From NCBI GenBank assembly GCA_965223505.1, contig CBDCWP010000031.1, positions 64,001 through 128,000 on the forward strand: DNA of 64,000 bases, written 5' to 3'. The notes under the pieces are model-generated. The model was not told where the DNA came from, searched no databases, and saw only the letters and a program-made list of their open reading frames with translations. Position numbers and translations under genes: made by a program. This DNA is from Planctomycetota bacterium (lineage in GTDB: Bacteria; Planctomycetota; PLA2; JAEUHO01). Below, piece by piece: positions 27,110 through 41,100 of this stretch (position 1 is the stretch's first letter; each line of letters begins with the position of its first letter).

Positions 27110-27813
27110 CACCGCGGCGGATCGTGCCGGTACACGAAAAGGCGCGACTTCTGCGCGTCGCGCGTCGGCACCTCTCCTGCGGGGGCGACGAAGTCCCACT
27201 CGCCGACGTAGTTCCGGTCGCCGGTGGGCAGGAGATAGTAGATCGTCAAGGCCCGGGGATGCGCGTCGAGCGAGCTCTTGATCCGGTCCCGCACCGCGTC
27301 GATCACCGGCGGATAGAAGGGGTTGAACAGGAAGGCGATGGACATGTCGTCGGGCGGGTCGAACGTCATGGCGTTGCCGCCGACGACCTCGACGTCGTCG
27401 CACTTGCGGCCCTTGATGCGCGGGATGTTGTCCTGCGCCGTGGCGCTCAGCGCTTCGGAGAGCTCGATCCCCACGATGCGTCGAAACGGATGTTGCGCCG
27501 CCGCCGCGACGATGCGGCCCTTGCCCGATCCGTAGTCGACGAGAACGTCCTCCCCCGGGCGGATCGTCATGTGGGCGAGGGCACGGCGCACCAGCGGATA
27601 GGGGGTCGGCTCGTAGTGGGCCGAGGTGTCGTCCTGGCCGAGGTCGGCGCGATCGACATATCCCTTGGTGTGTACGCCGAGGCGCCACTCGTGAAACTCC
27701 TCGTTCAGGCGGAAGCGCGTCCAGCGCAGCGTGCTGCGAAGCCCCTGCTCCCGTGTGCGACGCACGACCTTGCCGACGAATCCGAGCACGAGCCCCTCCG
27801 AGGAGCGCGGCAT
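27109..27813 (-). CDS. Class I SAM-dependent methyltransferase
   Basis: YEPT, VDYGSGKGR, GIELS, FLFNPF. Confidence 0.85.
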   Translation of the reverse strand: MPRSSEGLVLGFVGKVVRRTREQGLRSTLRWTRFRLNEEFHEWRLGVHTKGYVDRADLGQDDTSAHYEPTPYPLVRRALAHMTIRPGEDVLVDYGSGKGRIVAAAAQHPFRRIVGIELSEALSATAQDNIPRIKGRKCDDVEVVGGNAMTFDPPDDMSIAFLFNPFYPPVIDAVRDRIKSSLDAHPRALTIYYLLPTGDRNYVGEWDFVAPAGEVPTRDAQKSRLFVYRHDPPR

Positions 27814-27828
27814 TGTAGAGGGGGTGCG

Positions 27829-28923
27829 CTACACGGTCGCTCGCGGCCGCGACGGACGACCGGACACCGGACTGTTCGAAAGCGCGGCCCGCTCGAGCTC
27901 GAGCAGCCGCTGCTTGCGCCAGACGCCGCCGCCGTATCCGGACAGCGAACCGTCCGATCGAACGACGCGGTGGCACGGAATCACGATCGCGATGCGGTTC
28001 TGACCGTTCGCCGAGCCCACGGCGCGACTCGCGCCCGGACGACCGACGTGCTCCGCCACCTCTCCGTAGCTCTGGGTCGCGCCGTACGGAATCGTTCGAA
28101 GGTGCGTCCACACGGCTTGCTGAAACGGCGTCGGCCGCGTGTCGAGCGCAACGTCGAAGGCGGTGAGTCGGCCCGCGAAATACGCCGCCAGCTCCCGCTC
28201 GACCTGTGCGAGGTGTTCGTTGCTGCCGGGCACGACCGATCGGCGGAACCGAGTGCGCACCTGCTGCAGCTCCCGCTCCAACGCGCGCCGGTCGACGAAC
28301 TCGAGCAGCACGAGACCGTGCTCGGAGGCGATGGCGATCATCGGTCCGAGCGGGCTCGAGATCCACGCTGCCGTCAGCGCCTCCTTCGAGCGCGACGCAC
28401 CGGGCGGCATGCCGAACACCTTCGCGAACGCGTCCCGGAAGCCGCTTTCGGACTCGTAGCCCGCGTCGACGCCGGCTGCCGAGATCCCTGCGCCTCGCGA
28501 GAGCGCACGCATCGCGATACCCAGCCGCCAGGCGCGCTGAAATGCCTGAAAGGTCACCCCGAAGTGCCGCACAAAGTAGCGCCGCACCGTCGCCGGGTTC
28601 AGGCCCTCTTCGATGAGCTCGCGATCGCGGATGCGGCGGTTCGGCGCACTGCCGACGCTGCGGATGAGACGAGCCGCCCACGACGGGCGGTCCGGATCCC
28701 GGTCGAGCGGACGGCACACTTTGCACGGCCGATAGCCGGCATGGAGGGCGGCCGCCGCGGTCGAAACGAACTCGACGTTCTGCGGCTTCGGCTTTCGGGC
28801 ACGGCAGACAGGACGACAGAAGATGCCGGTGGTCCGAACACACGCGAAGAACAGCCCGTCGTACGACGCGTCGCGCCGCACCAGCGCGTCGAACATCTCA
28901 GGGTCGGGCGGAAGCGTCTGCAC
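27829..28923 (-). CDS. ada: Bifunctional Ada regulator / O6-methylguanine-DNA methyltransferase
   Basis: RD..YDG.F..CV.TTGIFCRPVC, GYRPCKVC zinc site, AraC HTH, IPCHRV active site. Confidence 0.95.
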   Translation of the reverse strand: MQTLPPDPEMFDALVRRDASYDGLFFACVRTTGIFCRPVCRARKPKPQNVEFVSTAAAALHAGYRPCKVCRPLDRDPDRPSWAARLIRSVGSAPNRRIRDRELIEEGLNPATVRRYFVRHFGVTFQAFQRAWRLGIAMRALSRGAGISAAGVDAGYESESGFRDAFAKVFGMPPGASRSKEALTAAWISSPLGPMIAIASEHGLVLLEFVDRRALERELQQVRTRFRRSVVPGSNEHLAQVERELAAYFAGRLTAFDVALDTRPTPFQQAVWTHLRTIPYGATQSYGEVAEHVGRPGASRAVGSANGQNRIAIVIPCHRVVRSDGSLSGYGGGVWRKQRLLELERAALSNSPVSGRPSRPRATV

Positions 28924-28994
28924 GGCCGGAGTCTAGCGACCGGTCGAACGGCCTCCACCGCGCATCGGACGACCAATTCGGATTCCCACCGGTG

Positions 28995-30440
28995 TCATGC
29001 GCTGGAATGCTCCTCGACCCGCCGCGCCGCGGCGTTCGCCACGAGAAGTTGCCAGCGCGCGTCGTGTCGAAACAGCTTGTGTCGAATCGGCTCGCGGAAG
29101 AGCGGCAGCCACGCCCACATGAGCCGGACGAGCGAATACCCCACGCTCATTCCGAAGATGCCGAAGAGCACCGGAAATGCACTCATCCACTCGGGAAGGG
29201 GCCGGCCGATGTACCTCGTGGCCCCGACCGTCAAGCCGCCCACGAGCAGACACCCGACCAGCGCCATCAACGCGAGGTTGAGGGCGCGTACCGTGCGTTC
29301 GACCCTGGGACCGTCGATCACGGAGGCACGCACCTCGCCCTTCGGGAAGATGCGCGAGAGGATCCACGCGAAGGCGCCCAGCAGGATGTAGCTGTCAATC
29401 GCGAGCTCGGATCCCATCGCGTGCGCCATTACGACGTGCGTGCCGTGAATGAGCGCGTTGAACGGCGGGACCGAGATCAAGAGCGCCACGGGCAAGAGGA
29501 AGACGTTCCAGTGCTTGGACAGCGACAGGAAGCGCTTCGCGGCCCCGAAGGACGCGCCGAGGACCTTCGGCCGCCCGAGCTTGCCCACGATGTCTCGCAA
29601 GAGGCTCCAGAGGATGATGATCTCGAGCATGCTCACGACGAACGCGACCCACTTGACGAGATGCGACTGCGGTAGGTGGTAGGTGTGGTGCGTGTAGTTC
29701 GTGAACGAGTTCAGCAATCCCAGTCCGAACAGGGCGAATGCCGAACGTGACTGCGCCACGGAGCGGTCGCGTGAGAGGCGTTCGCCCACGTACAGCAGCG
29801 AGCCGTACACCATCTGGTTGAACGACGCGACCAGTGTCCCGCACGACTTCCACTGGATCTGGAGGTCGGCAACGGGCTGCGAGCTCACGAACGGCAGAAG
29901 GTGCGCATGGCCTTCCGCGAAGGTGTACACGAACAAGCAGGCGCCGGCGGTCCACATGTACACGTAGACGGGCCTGGACCAGAAGCCGCGCCGGACACGG
30001 CGCAGAAACGTCCAGAGGAACAAGACCCAACCGACCAAGATCGATACGGATATCAGCGGATGGAATCCGAGGTACTCCCGGCCCGAGGTGATTCCGAGCG
30101 GCAGCGTGACGATCGTCGCGATGCCTGCCAGACCCCAGCAGACCATGTGCGCCCGATACCGGCGCCGTTCGCCGCGATTCGGTTCGCCGAAGGTCTCGAA
30201 GAGGAACCAGTACATGCAAGCGACGCAGCCCAGGTAGATCCAGGCCGAGGCGAAGGTCGTGTGCAACGGTCGGATCTGGACGAGGCTGATGCCCGCGTTC
30301 GCCATCGGCCGTGAGAACGCGGGAACGTAGTACAGCGCACCGAGCGCGCCCATCAGGACGGACAGGAGCATGCAGGCGAACGCACAGGCCATCGCCACCA
30401 GCACCATGCGCTCGCCGGACTTGAAGACGGGGTCGTTCAC
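28995..30440 (-). CDS. Heme-copper oxidase superfamily subunit I, divergent NorB-like
   Basis: About 12 TM; RPLHT, GREY, HH pair (NYTHHTYH), SMLE, N...HGT....HAM; GTG start overlaps the cytochrome stop. Confidence 0.85.
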   Translation of the reverse strand: MNDPVFKSGERMVLVAMACAFACMLLSVLMGALGALYYVPAFSRPMANAGISLVQIRPLHTTFASAWIYLGCVACMYWFLFETFGEPNRGERRRYRAHMVCWGLAGIATIVTLPLGITSGREYLGFHPLISVSILVGWVLFLWTFLRRVRRGFWSRPVYVYMWTAGACLFVYTFAEGHAHLLPFVSSQPVADLQIQWKSCGTLVASFNQMVYGSLLYVGERLSRDRSVAQSRSAFALFGLGLLNSFTNYTHHTYHLPQSHLVKWVAFVVSMLEIIILWSLLRDIVGKLGRPKVLGASFGAAKRFLSLSKHWNVFLLPVALLISVPPFNALIHGTHVVMAHAMGSELAIDSYILLGAFAWILSRIFPKGEVRASVIDGPRVERTVRALNLALMALVGCLLVGGLTVGATRYIGRPLPEWMSAFPVLFGIFGMSVGYSLVRLMWAWLPLFREPIRHKLFRHDARWQLLVANAAARRVEEHSSA

Positions 30441-31204
30441 TTGTACTCGAACCACGGAAGGCCGTCCGTGGTCTCCTGCGCCTTGGGGGCGGCATCGCGA
30501 AACGACGCATGAATGGACTCCGCGTTCGCGCCCAACCAAGTCAAGAAGTCCAGGAGGTCGTCACGCTCCTGCGGAGCGAGGGCGAACCGCGGCATGCCCT
30601 TCGACGGGATCCCGTTGGCCAGCATGGCGGCGACGCCTTCGCGTCCGAGCTTCGTGATCAGGTGCGTGAGATCGGTTCCCTTGTGCTCGGCCATGGGGTT
30701 GGGGAGATGGCAGCCGATGCACTTCTGCGCGAAGAGCACGTCGCGGCCGTGCGCCTGCGCCGGGGTCATGAACACGCCGTCTTCGACCGCTCGCGACACC
30801 GCCTCTGCCAGTACCTCCGCGCCGTCGAAACCGCGATACGGCGGCAGCTGGCCGCGGCCGGTCTCGTGGACCTCGGCCAGAAACGCCTCAATTGCCCGGC
30901 GGTCTGCGTCACTCAGGTCGAACGCCGGCATCTGGCCGGCGCCGATGGTGAGGACGGTGTCGACCCGTGCGCGGGTCAGGCGTTCCGTCGCGTTGGTGAG
31001 GTCGGGCCCGAGGAACCCGCCGAATCCGTAGATCTGATGGCAGCTCTGACAGTTGTGGCGGTGCCAGACATCGCGGCCCGCGGACGCCTGACCCGACAAC
31101 GCCGCCGTCGCCCGGCCCGCGGGATCCGTGTACACCAGCCAACCTTGCAGAAAGAACACGGCCACCAGACTGACGAGGAGAACCTGGCGGGCGCGCGTGC
31201 TCAT
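30437..31204 (-). CDS. Membrane-anchored diheme cytochrome c (NorC-like N-terminal domain)
   Basis: N-terminal TM; G..VW...NCQSCH..YG.GG.LGPDLT...MP; second CIGCH...GTDLT...MP. Confidence 0.9.
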   Translation of the reverse strand: MSTRARQVLLVSLVAVFFLQGWLVYTDPAGRATAALSGQASAGRDVWHRHNCQSCHQIYGFGGFLGPDLTNATERLTRARVDTVLTIGAGQMPAFDLSDADRRAIEAFLAEVHETGRGQLPPYRGFDGAEVLAEAVSRAVEDGVFMTPAQAHGRDVLFAQKCIGCHLPNPMAEHKGTDLTHLITKLGREGVAAMLANGIPSKGMPRFALAPQERDDLLDFLTWLGANAESIHASFRDAAPKAQETTDGLPWFEYK

Positions 31205-31935
31205 CTACGTTCGGTGAGCTCCGAGTTCGTGGCGACGTAGATCGTATCCGTTTGGTCGTCGTCGATCATCGGGTTGAACACGACGATCTCGTGCGTCGCG
31301 ACGTCGGCGAACGCGGTCGAGAGCAGCCGGGTGAAGGCGTCGTTCGTCGCACCCGCCGACCACAGCGCGAACACGCCGCCCGGCGACAGCAACGCCGCCG
31401 CCGATGCCATCGCGCCGCGCTCGTAGAAGCGACCGTGCGCCGGACCCAGCCAGGCGTCGGGCGCATGGTCGATGTCCACGAGGATCGCGCCGTACCCGCC
31501 GGCGACCGCGATCTCGCTCTCCGCACCCCGGCCGACGAGCGCGAAAAAGTCGCCTTGACGCAGCGTGCAGCGTTCGTGCCCGCACAAGGACGCCCCGAGC
31601 GGAACGAGACCCGTTTGGTGCCACTCGATGACCTCCGGCAACAGATCGACGACCGTGACGCTGCGCGCGCGCTCGTCGCCGAGCGCGGCCCATGCCGTGT
31701 ACCCGAGGCCGAGCCCGCCGACCAGCACGTCGAACGGTTCATCCGGCGCGTCAGCGAGCGCAAGCAGAGAGAGCTGCTGCTCCGACTCGTTGAGCCAGCT
31801 CGACATCAACAGGTCGTCATTGAGCTTGATCTCGTAGATGGGCTCGGGGCCGAGCCCCGGCACCGTCCTGCGACGCAGCACGAGCTCGCCCAACGCGCAC
31901 TGACGGACGTCGAGCTCTTCGTAGGTGGTGCTCAT
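31201..31935 (-). CDS. Spermidine-synthase-like SAM-binding protein
   Basis: GEL.LRRR, LMSS...SE..L, VLVGGLGLGYT, ILVDIDH.P, GG.FALWS. Confidence 0.85.
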   Translation of the reverse strand: MSTTYEELDVRQCALGELVLRRRTVPGLGPEPIYEIKLNDDLLMSSWLNESEQQLSLLALADAPDEPFDVLVGGLGLGYTAWAALGDERARSVTVVDLLPEVIEWHQTGLVPLGASLCGHERCTLRQGDFFALVGRGAESEIAVAGGYGAILVDIDHAPDAWLGPAHGRFYERGAMASAAALLSPGGVFALWSAGATNDAFTRLLSTAFADVATHEIVVFNPMIDDDQTDTIYVATNSELTERR

Positions 31936-31961
31936 GGAACGCGCATCGTCGATGCGTCGGG

Positions 31962-33143
31962 TCAATTCGAGCCAGGGAAATCGAAGCCGTCCGCGCGCTT
32001 GCCCGGCGACATCGGCTTTCCCACCGCCTCCGGCAACGTGTCATGGCGGACATAGCCGCCGGGCGCGCTTGCCGGCGTCGGCTGCCAGCGGCCGTCGACG
32101 TCGTTGTTGAGACTCACGCCCGGCACGGTGCTCTGCCCGGCATACGAAACGCGGAACAGCTCCAACGCGCCGATGCGTAGGACGACGTGGTCGCCGCCGT
32201 TGTTCAGACCCAGTGTTCCGGTCGAAGCCGTCTGCGCATGTCCGGTCGCGTGGCGCGGCGCGAAGCCCGTCGGCGTTCCGGCGCCGAAGACGACGATCGA
32301 GCCACCGATGGGCAGCGTCGTCGGATTCGGAAACGCGTGTCGCAGGGTCGAGGCGTCGTGGACCGTGAGGCCGCTCAGGTCGAGGGGCCGCCGACTCACG
32401 TTGACCAGCTCGACGAACTCGTCGGACGTGGCGCTCGCAACGCCGTCGTCGTTCGCATCGACGCCGCCGGGGTTCGCGAGCAACTCGTTGACGATCAGGT
32501 CCCCGGCATCGACGGCTTCGGAGTGGAAGAGCATCGCGGACGCAGACCGAGCGCCCTGTGAGAGCACGACGTGGACATCCTCATTCACGACGATGCCGGG
32601 GGGAACACGGGCGATGAGCGTCGTCTCGCCGACCACGTCGACGGACGATGCCTCCACGCCGCCGAACGCGACCACGGGACTCTCGAGCGAACCGAATCCG
32701 CTTGCCTCGATCGTGATGCGAGTCCCACCCGAGGTTGCGTGATGACTTCCGATCCCGGGTCGAATCGAGATCCGCGGTGGGGGCGGGTCGTACGCGAAGA
32801 GGTCCGGCGCGTGTGCGGCGCGTTGATCGAGGATCACGCTCACGTTCGCAGCGCCCTCGCTGCCGGCCGGAAGCACCACCTCGATCGCTTCGTCCGACAC
32901 CACGCGGGCGGACACCCGGCGAACGCCGATGACCGCGAATGCCGTCGCCGGCGACCCGGCCGCAAGGAAGCCCTCGCCGCGAAGGACGAGCGGCGTGCCG
33001 CCGTGGACGGGGCCGGTCGAAGGTTCCACAGCGGCGAGCACCAACGGTGCGGACCCGATCGGAGGCGGTGTCGATCCACCGCACCCGGCCAGCCAGGGGA
33101 TCACAAGCAGGAGACAGGCGTAGGAGCGCAGCGAGGCGTGCAT
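31962..33143 (-). CDS. Lipoprotein with two IPT/TIG domains and a lamin-tail domain
   Basis: Lipobox LAGC; VEP..GP..GGT....G.GF; LIVNELLA.P..D.N.DG...DEFVELVN...LDLSG; LNNGGD; SPG. Confidence 0.85.
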   Translation of the reverse strand: MHASLRSYACLLLVIPWLAGCGGSTPPPIGSAPLVLAAVEPSTGPVHGGTPLVLRGEGFLAAGSPATAFAVIGVRRVSARVVSDEAIEVVLPAGSEGAANVSVILDQRAAHAPDLFAYDPPPPRISIRPGIGSHHATSGGTRITIEASGFGSLESPVVAFGGVEASSVDVVGETTLIARVPPGIVVNEDVHVVLSQGARSASAMLFHSEAVDAGDLIVNELLANPGGVDANDDGVASATSDEFVELVNVSRRPLDLSGLTVHDASTLRHAFPNPTTLPIGGSIVVFGAGTPTGFAPRHATGHAQTASTGTLGLNNGGDHVVLRIGALELFRVSYAGQSTVPGVSLNNDVDGRWQPTPASAPGGYVRHDTLPEAVGKPMSPGKRADGFDFPGSN

Positions 33144-33310
33144 GCCGTGACATCGCGCGGGTCGACGCGGGGGATACGCGTGCCGCGCGACCGGTGCGGC
33201 CGCGTCGAGAGGCCGATCTCCTCGGGCCTCGCGGATTTCCGCTGAAAACCTGCGGACCGCGTCCGCTGACCGCGCATTCCCCCGCAGACCTCGCCACCAA
33301 GGAGAATGAC

Positions 33311-34144
33311 ATGGGTACATCGATTCGACGCAAGAGCCGCGGCTTCCGGCTGGGTGCGCGCCTCCTGCAGAGCGCGCTCGTATGTGCCGCCCTACTCGTC
33401 GCCGGCTGCGGCGGCGGGGGCGGATCGTCCGGCGTCGGCGGCGCCACCGGCATCGGCTTCCTCCCGACCAGCCTCAACCAGGCGGCCTATCGCGGCGGGA
33501 ACGTCTACGAGTACGGATACCGTTCCTTCGCGAACATCGACTTCACGGGCGCACCCGCGGACACCGACTACTCGCGCTGGGCAATGCTGCACGACGGATC
33601 CACGTACCGCCTGTTCTTCGGCCGCCTCAACCGCTCGTCGATCTACCAGTTCGGTTACAACCCCGCTTCGGGGGACTACGAGTACGGCTTCAACTCGATC
33701 GACGAGATCGCGGTCACCGGCTTCCCGGCCGACGCCGACCGTTCGTCCTTCAAGATGCTCCACGACGGGGCGCGCTACCGGATCTTCATGCGCAGCCTCT
33801 CGGACCCGCGAAACCTCTATCAAGGCGCCTTCAACTCGTCCACCGGATCGTACGTGTACGGCTTCGCTTCCATCGACCGGATCAGCACGACCGGACTGCC
33901 GGCCGACGCCGACCTCTCGCGCTGGGCGATGCTGTACGACGGGAGCGTGTACCGACAGTACGTGGGAAGGGTGGGCCGGCCGGATGCGATGTATCAGTGC
34001 GGGTTCGACGGCCGCACCTACGACTTCGGCCATCGCTCGATCTCGTCGTTGTCGATCTCCGGCATGCCGGCCAGCAGTGACACGCGCAGCGTCTCGATGC
34101 TCCACGACGGAACCGACTACCGCCTCTTCCACCTGTCCGACTAG
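33311..34144 (+). CDS. Lipoprotein with four ~57-aa tandem repeats (beta-propeller-like)
   Basis: SD AAGGAG; lipobox VAGC; four copies of Y.YG..S...I..TG.P...D...W.ML(H/Y)DG..YR. Confidence 0.85.
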   Translation: MGTSIRRKSRGFRLGARLLQSALVCAALLVAGCGGGGGSSGVGGATGIGFLPTSLNQAAYRGGNVYEYGYRSFANIDFTGAPADTDYSRWAMLHDGSTYRLFFGRLNRSSIYQFGYNPASGDYEYGFNSIDEIAVTGFPADADRSSFKMLHDGARYRIFMRSLSDPRNLYQGAFNSSTGSYVYGFASIDRISTTGLPADADLSRWAMLYDGSVYRQYVGRVGRPDAMYQCGFDGRTYDFGHRSISSLSISGMPASSDTRSVSMLHDGTDYRLFHLSD

Positions 34145-34209
34145 CTCGTCATGCGAGCAGGATGGCCACCGAGGGCGGCGTCGGGATGGCGCCGCCCGTG
34201 CTGCGTTCC

Positions 34210-37548
<3,339 letters not shown>

Positions 37549-37611
37549 GAAGTCAGCCTCGCAAGGAACGACGGGCGCGGCAAGCCGGTACACTCCCGGC
37601 GGGAGGCGTGT

Positions 37612-38193
37612 CTGAGCATCCAACCCGATCCCGGCGAGGTCACACGGTTGCTGCGCGCGATGCAGGCGGGCGACACGGGCGCCGCGGACGAGCTGCTTCC
37701 CGCCGTCTACGACGAGCTGCGCGGGCTGGCGCGCCGCTATTTCGCCGCCGAGCGCGCCGAGCACACGCTGCAACCCACCGCGCTCGTGCACGAGGTCTAC
37801 ATCCGCATCGCCGACCAGACCGCGAGCACCTGGAAGGACAAGGCGCACTTCCTCGGGATCGCCGCGCGCGTCATGCGGCAGATCCTCGTCGATCACGCGC
37901 GCCGCAAGAGCGCGAAGAAACGCAGCGGCAAGCGCGAGCTCGTGACGCTCGACGCGCAGCCCGACGACGAGGCGGCCTCGGCGGTGGACGTCGAAGCCGT
38001 CGACCTCGCCATCGAGAAACTGTCGTCGCTGGATGCGCGCAAGGCGCGCGTCGTCGAGCTGCGCATCTTTGCGGGCATGACGATGGAAGAGGTTGCCGAA
38101 GCCCTTGCGGTCTCCAAGCGCACCGTCGAGGGAGACTGGGCATTCGCCAGCGCGTGGTTGCGCGGCGAGCTCGAGCGCTCGAGCCAGTCCTAG
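37612..38193 (+). CDS. ECF RNA polymerase sigma factor, TIGR02999-type
   Basis: VTRLL...GD..A..EL.P.VYDELR.LA, HTLQPTALVHE.Y, MRQILVDHAR, RTV..DW.FA.AWL; start uncertain (CTG 5 nt after GGGAGG). Confidence 0.9.
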   Translation: MSIQPDPGEVTRLLRAMQAGDTGAADELLPAVYDELRGLARRYFAAERAEHTLQPTALVHEVYIRIADQTASTWKDKAHFLGIAARVMRQILVDHARRKSAKKRSGKRELVTLDAQPDDEAASAVDVEAVDLAIEKLSSLDARKARVVELRIFAGMTMEEVAEALAVSKRTVEGDWAFASAWLRGELERSSQS

Positions 38194-41100
38194 GGCGTGT
38201 ACGTGAACACCACGTCCTTCGCGCCGGACTCCGCTTCGATCTCTCCCACGGGTTCGCCCATGTAGCCCACGATCTTCCAGCGACCGGGCGGTAGGCCCTG
38301 AATCGTGAAGCGGCCGTCCTGCGTCGTGCGCGCACCGATGCGGAGCGACCCGCGCTCGGCGATCAGGAACGGTCCCTTCGTCGGCCCCTGGAAGTTCTCG
38401 ATGAGCCCCGTGATCGTCGCGCCTTGCTTCGGATGCAGCTCGAACGGGCCGTCCGAGGGACGCACGTCGTCGGCCATCGCGTAGCGGCCGTCCGCGTGCC
38501 CCGCGTAGACGACGCCCACCACGTCCGAGACGTCGTCGATCCAGAAGCGATTCCCGTCTCCCTTGTTCGCCTGCCACGTGTGTCCGGGCTTGCTGAAGCG
38601 GATGTGCCATCCGTCCAGCCCCTTCTTGTCGTGCAGGGTGCCCTCGAGCTTCGCGACGTTCGGCAGGACGAACCGCAGCCCGCGCGCGGGTGCGTCGGAC
38701 TCCTGCGGCTCGGCGCCGCCGAACCCGCCGCCTTCGGCGCGCACGGCGTAGCGCCCCGCAGCGACGGGACCGACCCGAAAGGCGCCCGCCGCGTCGGTGC
38801 GTCCGCGCGCGGACACCCCGCGGTTCGCTTTCGCCGCGCCGTAGGCGGCGACGCTCGCACCCGCGACCGGTTCGTTCGCCTCGTTCAAGACGACGCCTTC
38901 GATCCAGACCCCGGCGCCGAGTCGAATCACGAGGTCGCCGCCGAGCTCGAGCTCGCGAATCGCGTTCGGGTAGGGGGGCGTCGCCTTCACTGCGGTGACG
39001 CGTACCTTCGCGACGCCGCGCTCGGGAATTCCCTCCGCGACGAAGACACCGTCGTTGTTCGTCGCGCCGTAGCGGCTCCAGCGCGCGCCGCCGTGAACGC
39101 CCGACATCGAGACCTGCGCCTCGCGGACCGGCTCGTCGTCCGCGCCGACGACCCGAAGCTCGTGCCGGTGTCCGCGCGTGAGCGTGATGCGCACCTCGCT
39201 CTGGTCCGCGGGCACCTCGATCGCGGGGACCGGCAGGAACGCCGGCGGCGGCCGAATCGTGAGCTTCACGGTTTCGAGCGCCAACGCAGCCAGCACGAAC
39301 ACGCCCTCGTCGTTCGTCAGCGCGTACTTCTGTGCGATGAAGTCGCCCGCCTGCACGTTGACGTTGGCGACCGGCTGCCCCTCGGTGTCTCGTACGTGAC
39401 CTTCGATGCGACGTCCCTCGCGCAACCGAATCTCGCGCTCCGACGTGCCACGGGCGATGTCGAGGGTCTGCGGCAGGTAGTCGAGCGACCGTCCGTCCGC
39501 GTCCCGCACGTCGGTGACCGTGAGCTTCAGCGACTCGCCTTCTTCCGGTTGCTGCATGACCAGCGTGCCGTCGGAAACCGTCTTGTCGCCGCGAAACGTG
39601 TGGTTGCCGCGCGCGCGCTCGAACGTGACCTTCGCGGTCGGCACCGGCGCACCGTCCGGCCCCAGGATGCGAAGCGTGACGTCGGTCGTGGACCCGCCGC
39701 TGCGGACGACCGCGTGGATGTCGTCGTCCGGCGTCCACGCGCCGTCCGCCCAGTCGCTGCGGACGCGCAGGCGGTAGCGCTTCGCGGCGCCGACCTCGAC
39801 GTCGAACCGACCCTGCGCGTCCGTGATCGTGTTGCCCTCGCGGAAGTTGCGGTTGTCCGCGTTGAAGACCCAGACCGCAGACAGCGCGACGGGGGAGCCG
39901 TCCTCGCGCCGCAACACGCCGCGCAGACGCTTCTTCGACTCGACGCGCACCACGATGTCGTCGCGCTTCTCGCCCCACGCCACCTCGACATCGACCATGT
40001 GCGGGCGGATGCGGACCTTGTAGACCCCCGGCGCCAGTCCGTCGAACACGAACGAGCCGTCGGAGCCCGTCGTCATCGCGTAGTGGTAGGTCGTCATCAG
40101 CGCAGCGCCGACGCCTTCGACCGGTCGATCGTTCTCGTCGAGCACGCGCCCGGCGATGCGGGCGCCCTCGCGCAACGTCAGCGCGACTGCTTGCGGGGTT
40201 TCAATCGACGTGAGCTCGATGGGTTTCTCCGCGAGAGCGAGCTGCGTGCCCTTCCGCGCCTCGAGCGTCCATCGGAACCCGGGTGGGAGTCCGGAGAGAC
40301 GACAAGTTCCGTCCGCGGCCGTACGCAGGCCGGCCGGCCGGCGTTCGAAGAAGGCACCGCGGCTGCGTGTGTCCTTGCGCACGACGGATGCGCTCACGAC
40401 CGCATCGCCGACCGGCGTGCCGTCGGTGTCCGTCACGCGAACGTCGATGGCGGCGCCGCGCGCCGCGATCAGCTCGATCCGCGTCGTGCCACCCTCCGCG
40501 GGCGCATACACGGCAACCAGCCCGGGCGATGTGCTCTTGACGGCGCCGTCCTCCTGCTCGGGGACGTACCACCCCGCGCCGCGGCCGGTGAGCGCGTAAC
40601 GCGCGCCCGGTGTCACCACGAATCGAAACGAGCCGTCCTCGGCGCTCAGCGCGCGCTGCGCGACGTAGCGCGGGCCGTGCGCGCCGATCTGGACGCCGGC
40701 GATGGGTTCACCGTCGGCGCTTCGAACGCTGCCTTCGATCGCCGCGCCGCGCTGAAGCGTGAGGTTCGCCTCGACGACGTCGCCCGCAGCGAGCGGCCGG
40801 TCGCCGCCGCCGTACGTGCCGGTCGAGAAGCCCTCGGCGTCGACGACGATCTCCCCGAGCTTCCCGGGCGGCAATCCGTCGGCGACGTAGGCGCCGTCGT
40901 CGTCGGTCAGCGCGAGACCGGCGGCGTACAAGCCGAGCTCGCCTTCCGCGATCGGGATGGTCACACGGGCGTTCGCAATCGGCCGGCGCTTCGCGTCGAC
41001 GACCGCACCGCGTACGGTCACGCCCCGCGCTTCGAACGCCTGTAGCCGAACGTTGGCGCTCGGAACCGGGACGCGGAACTGCCGCCGAACGCGACCCCCG

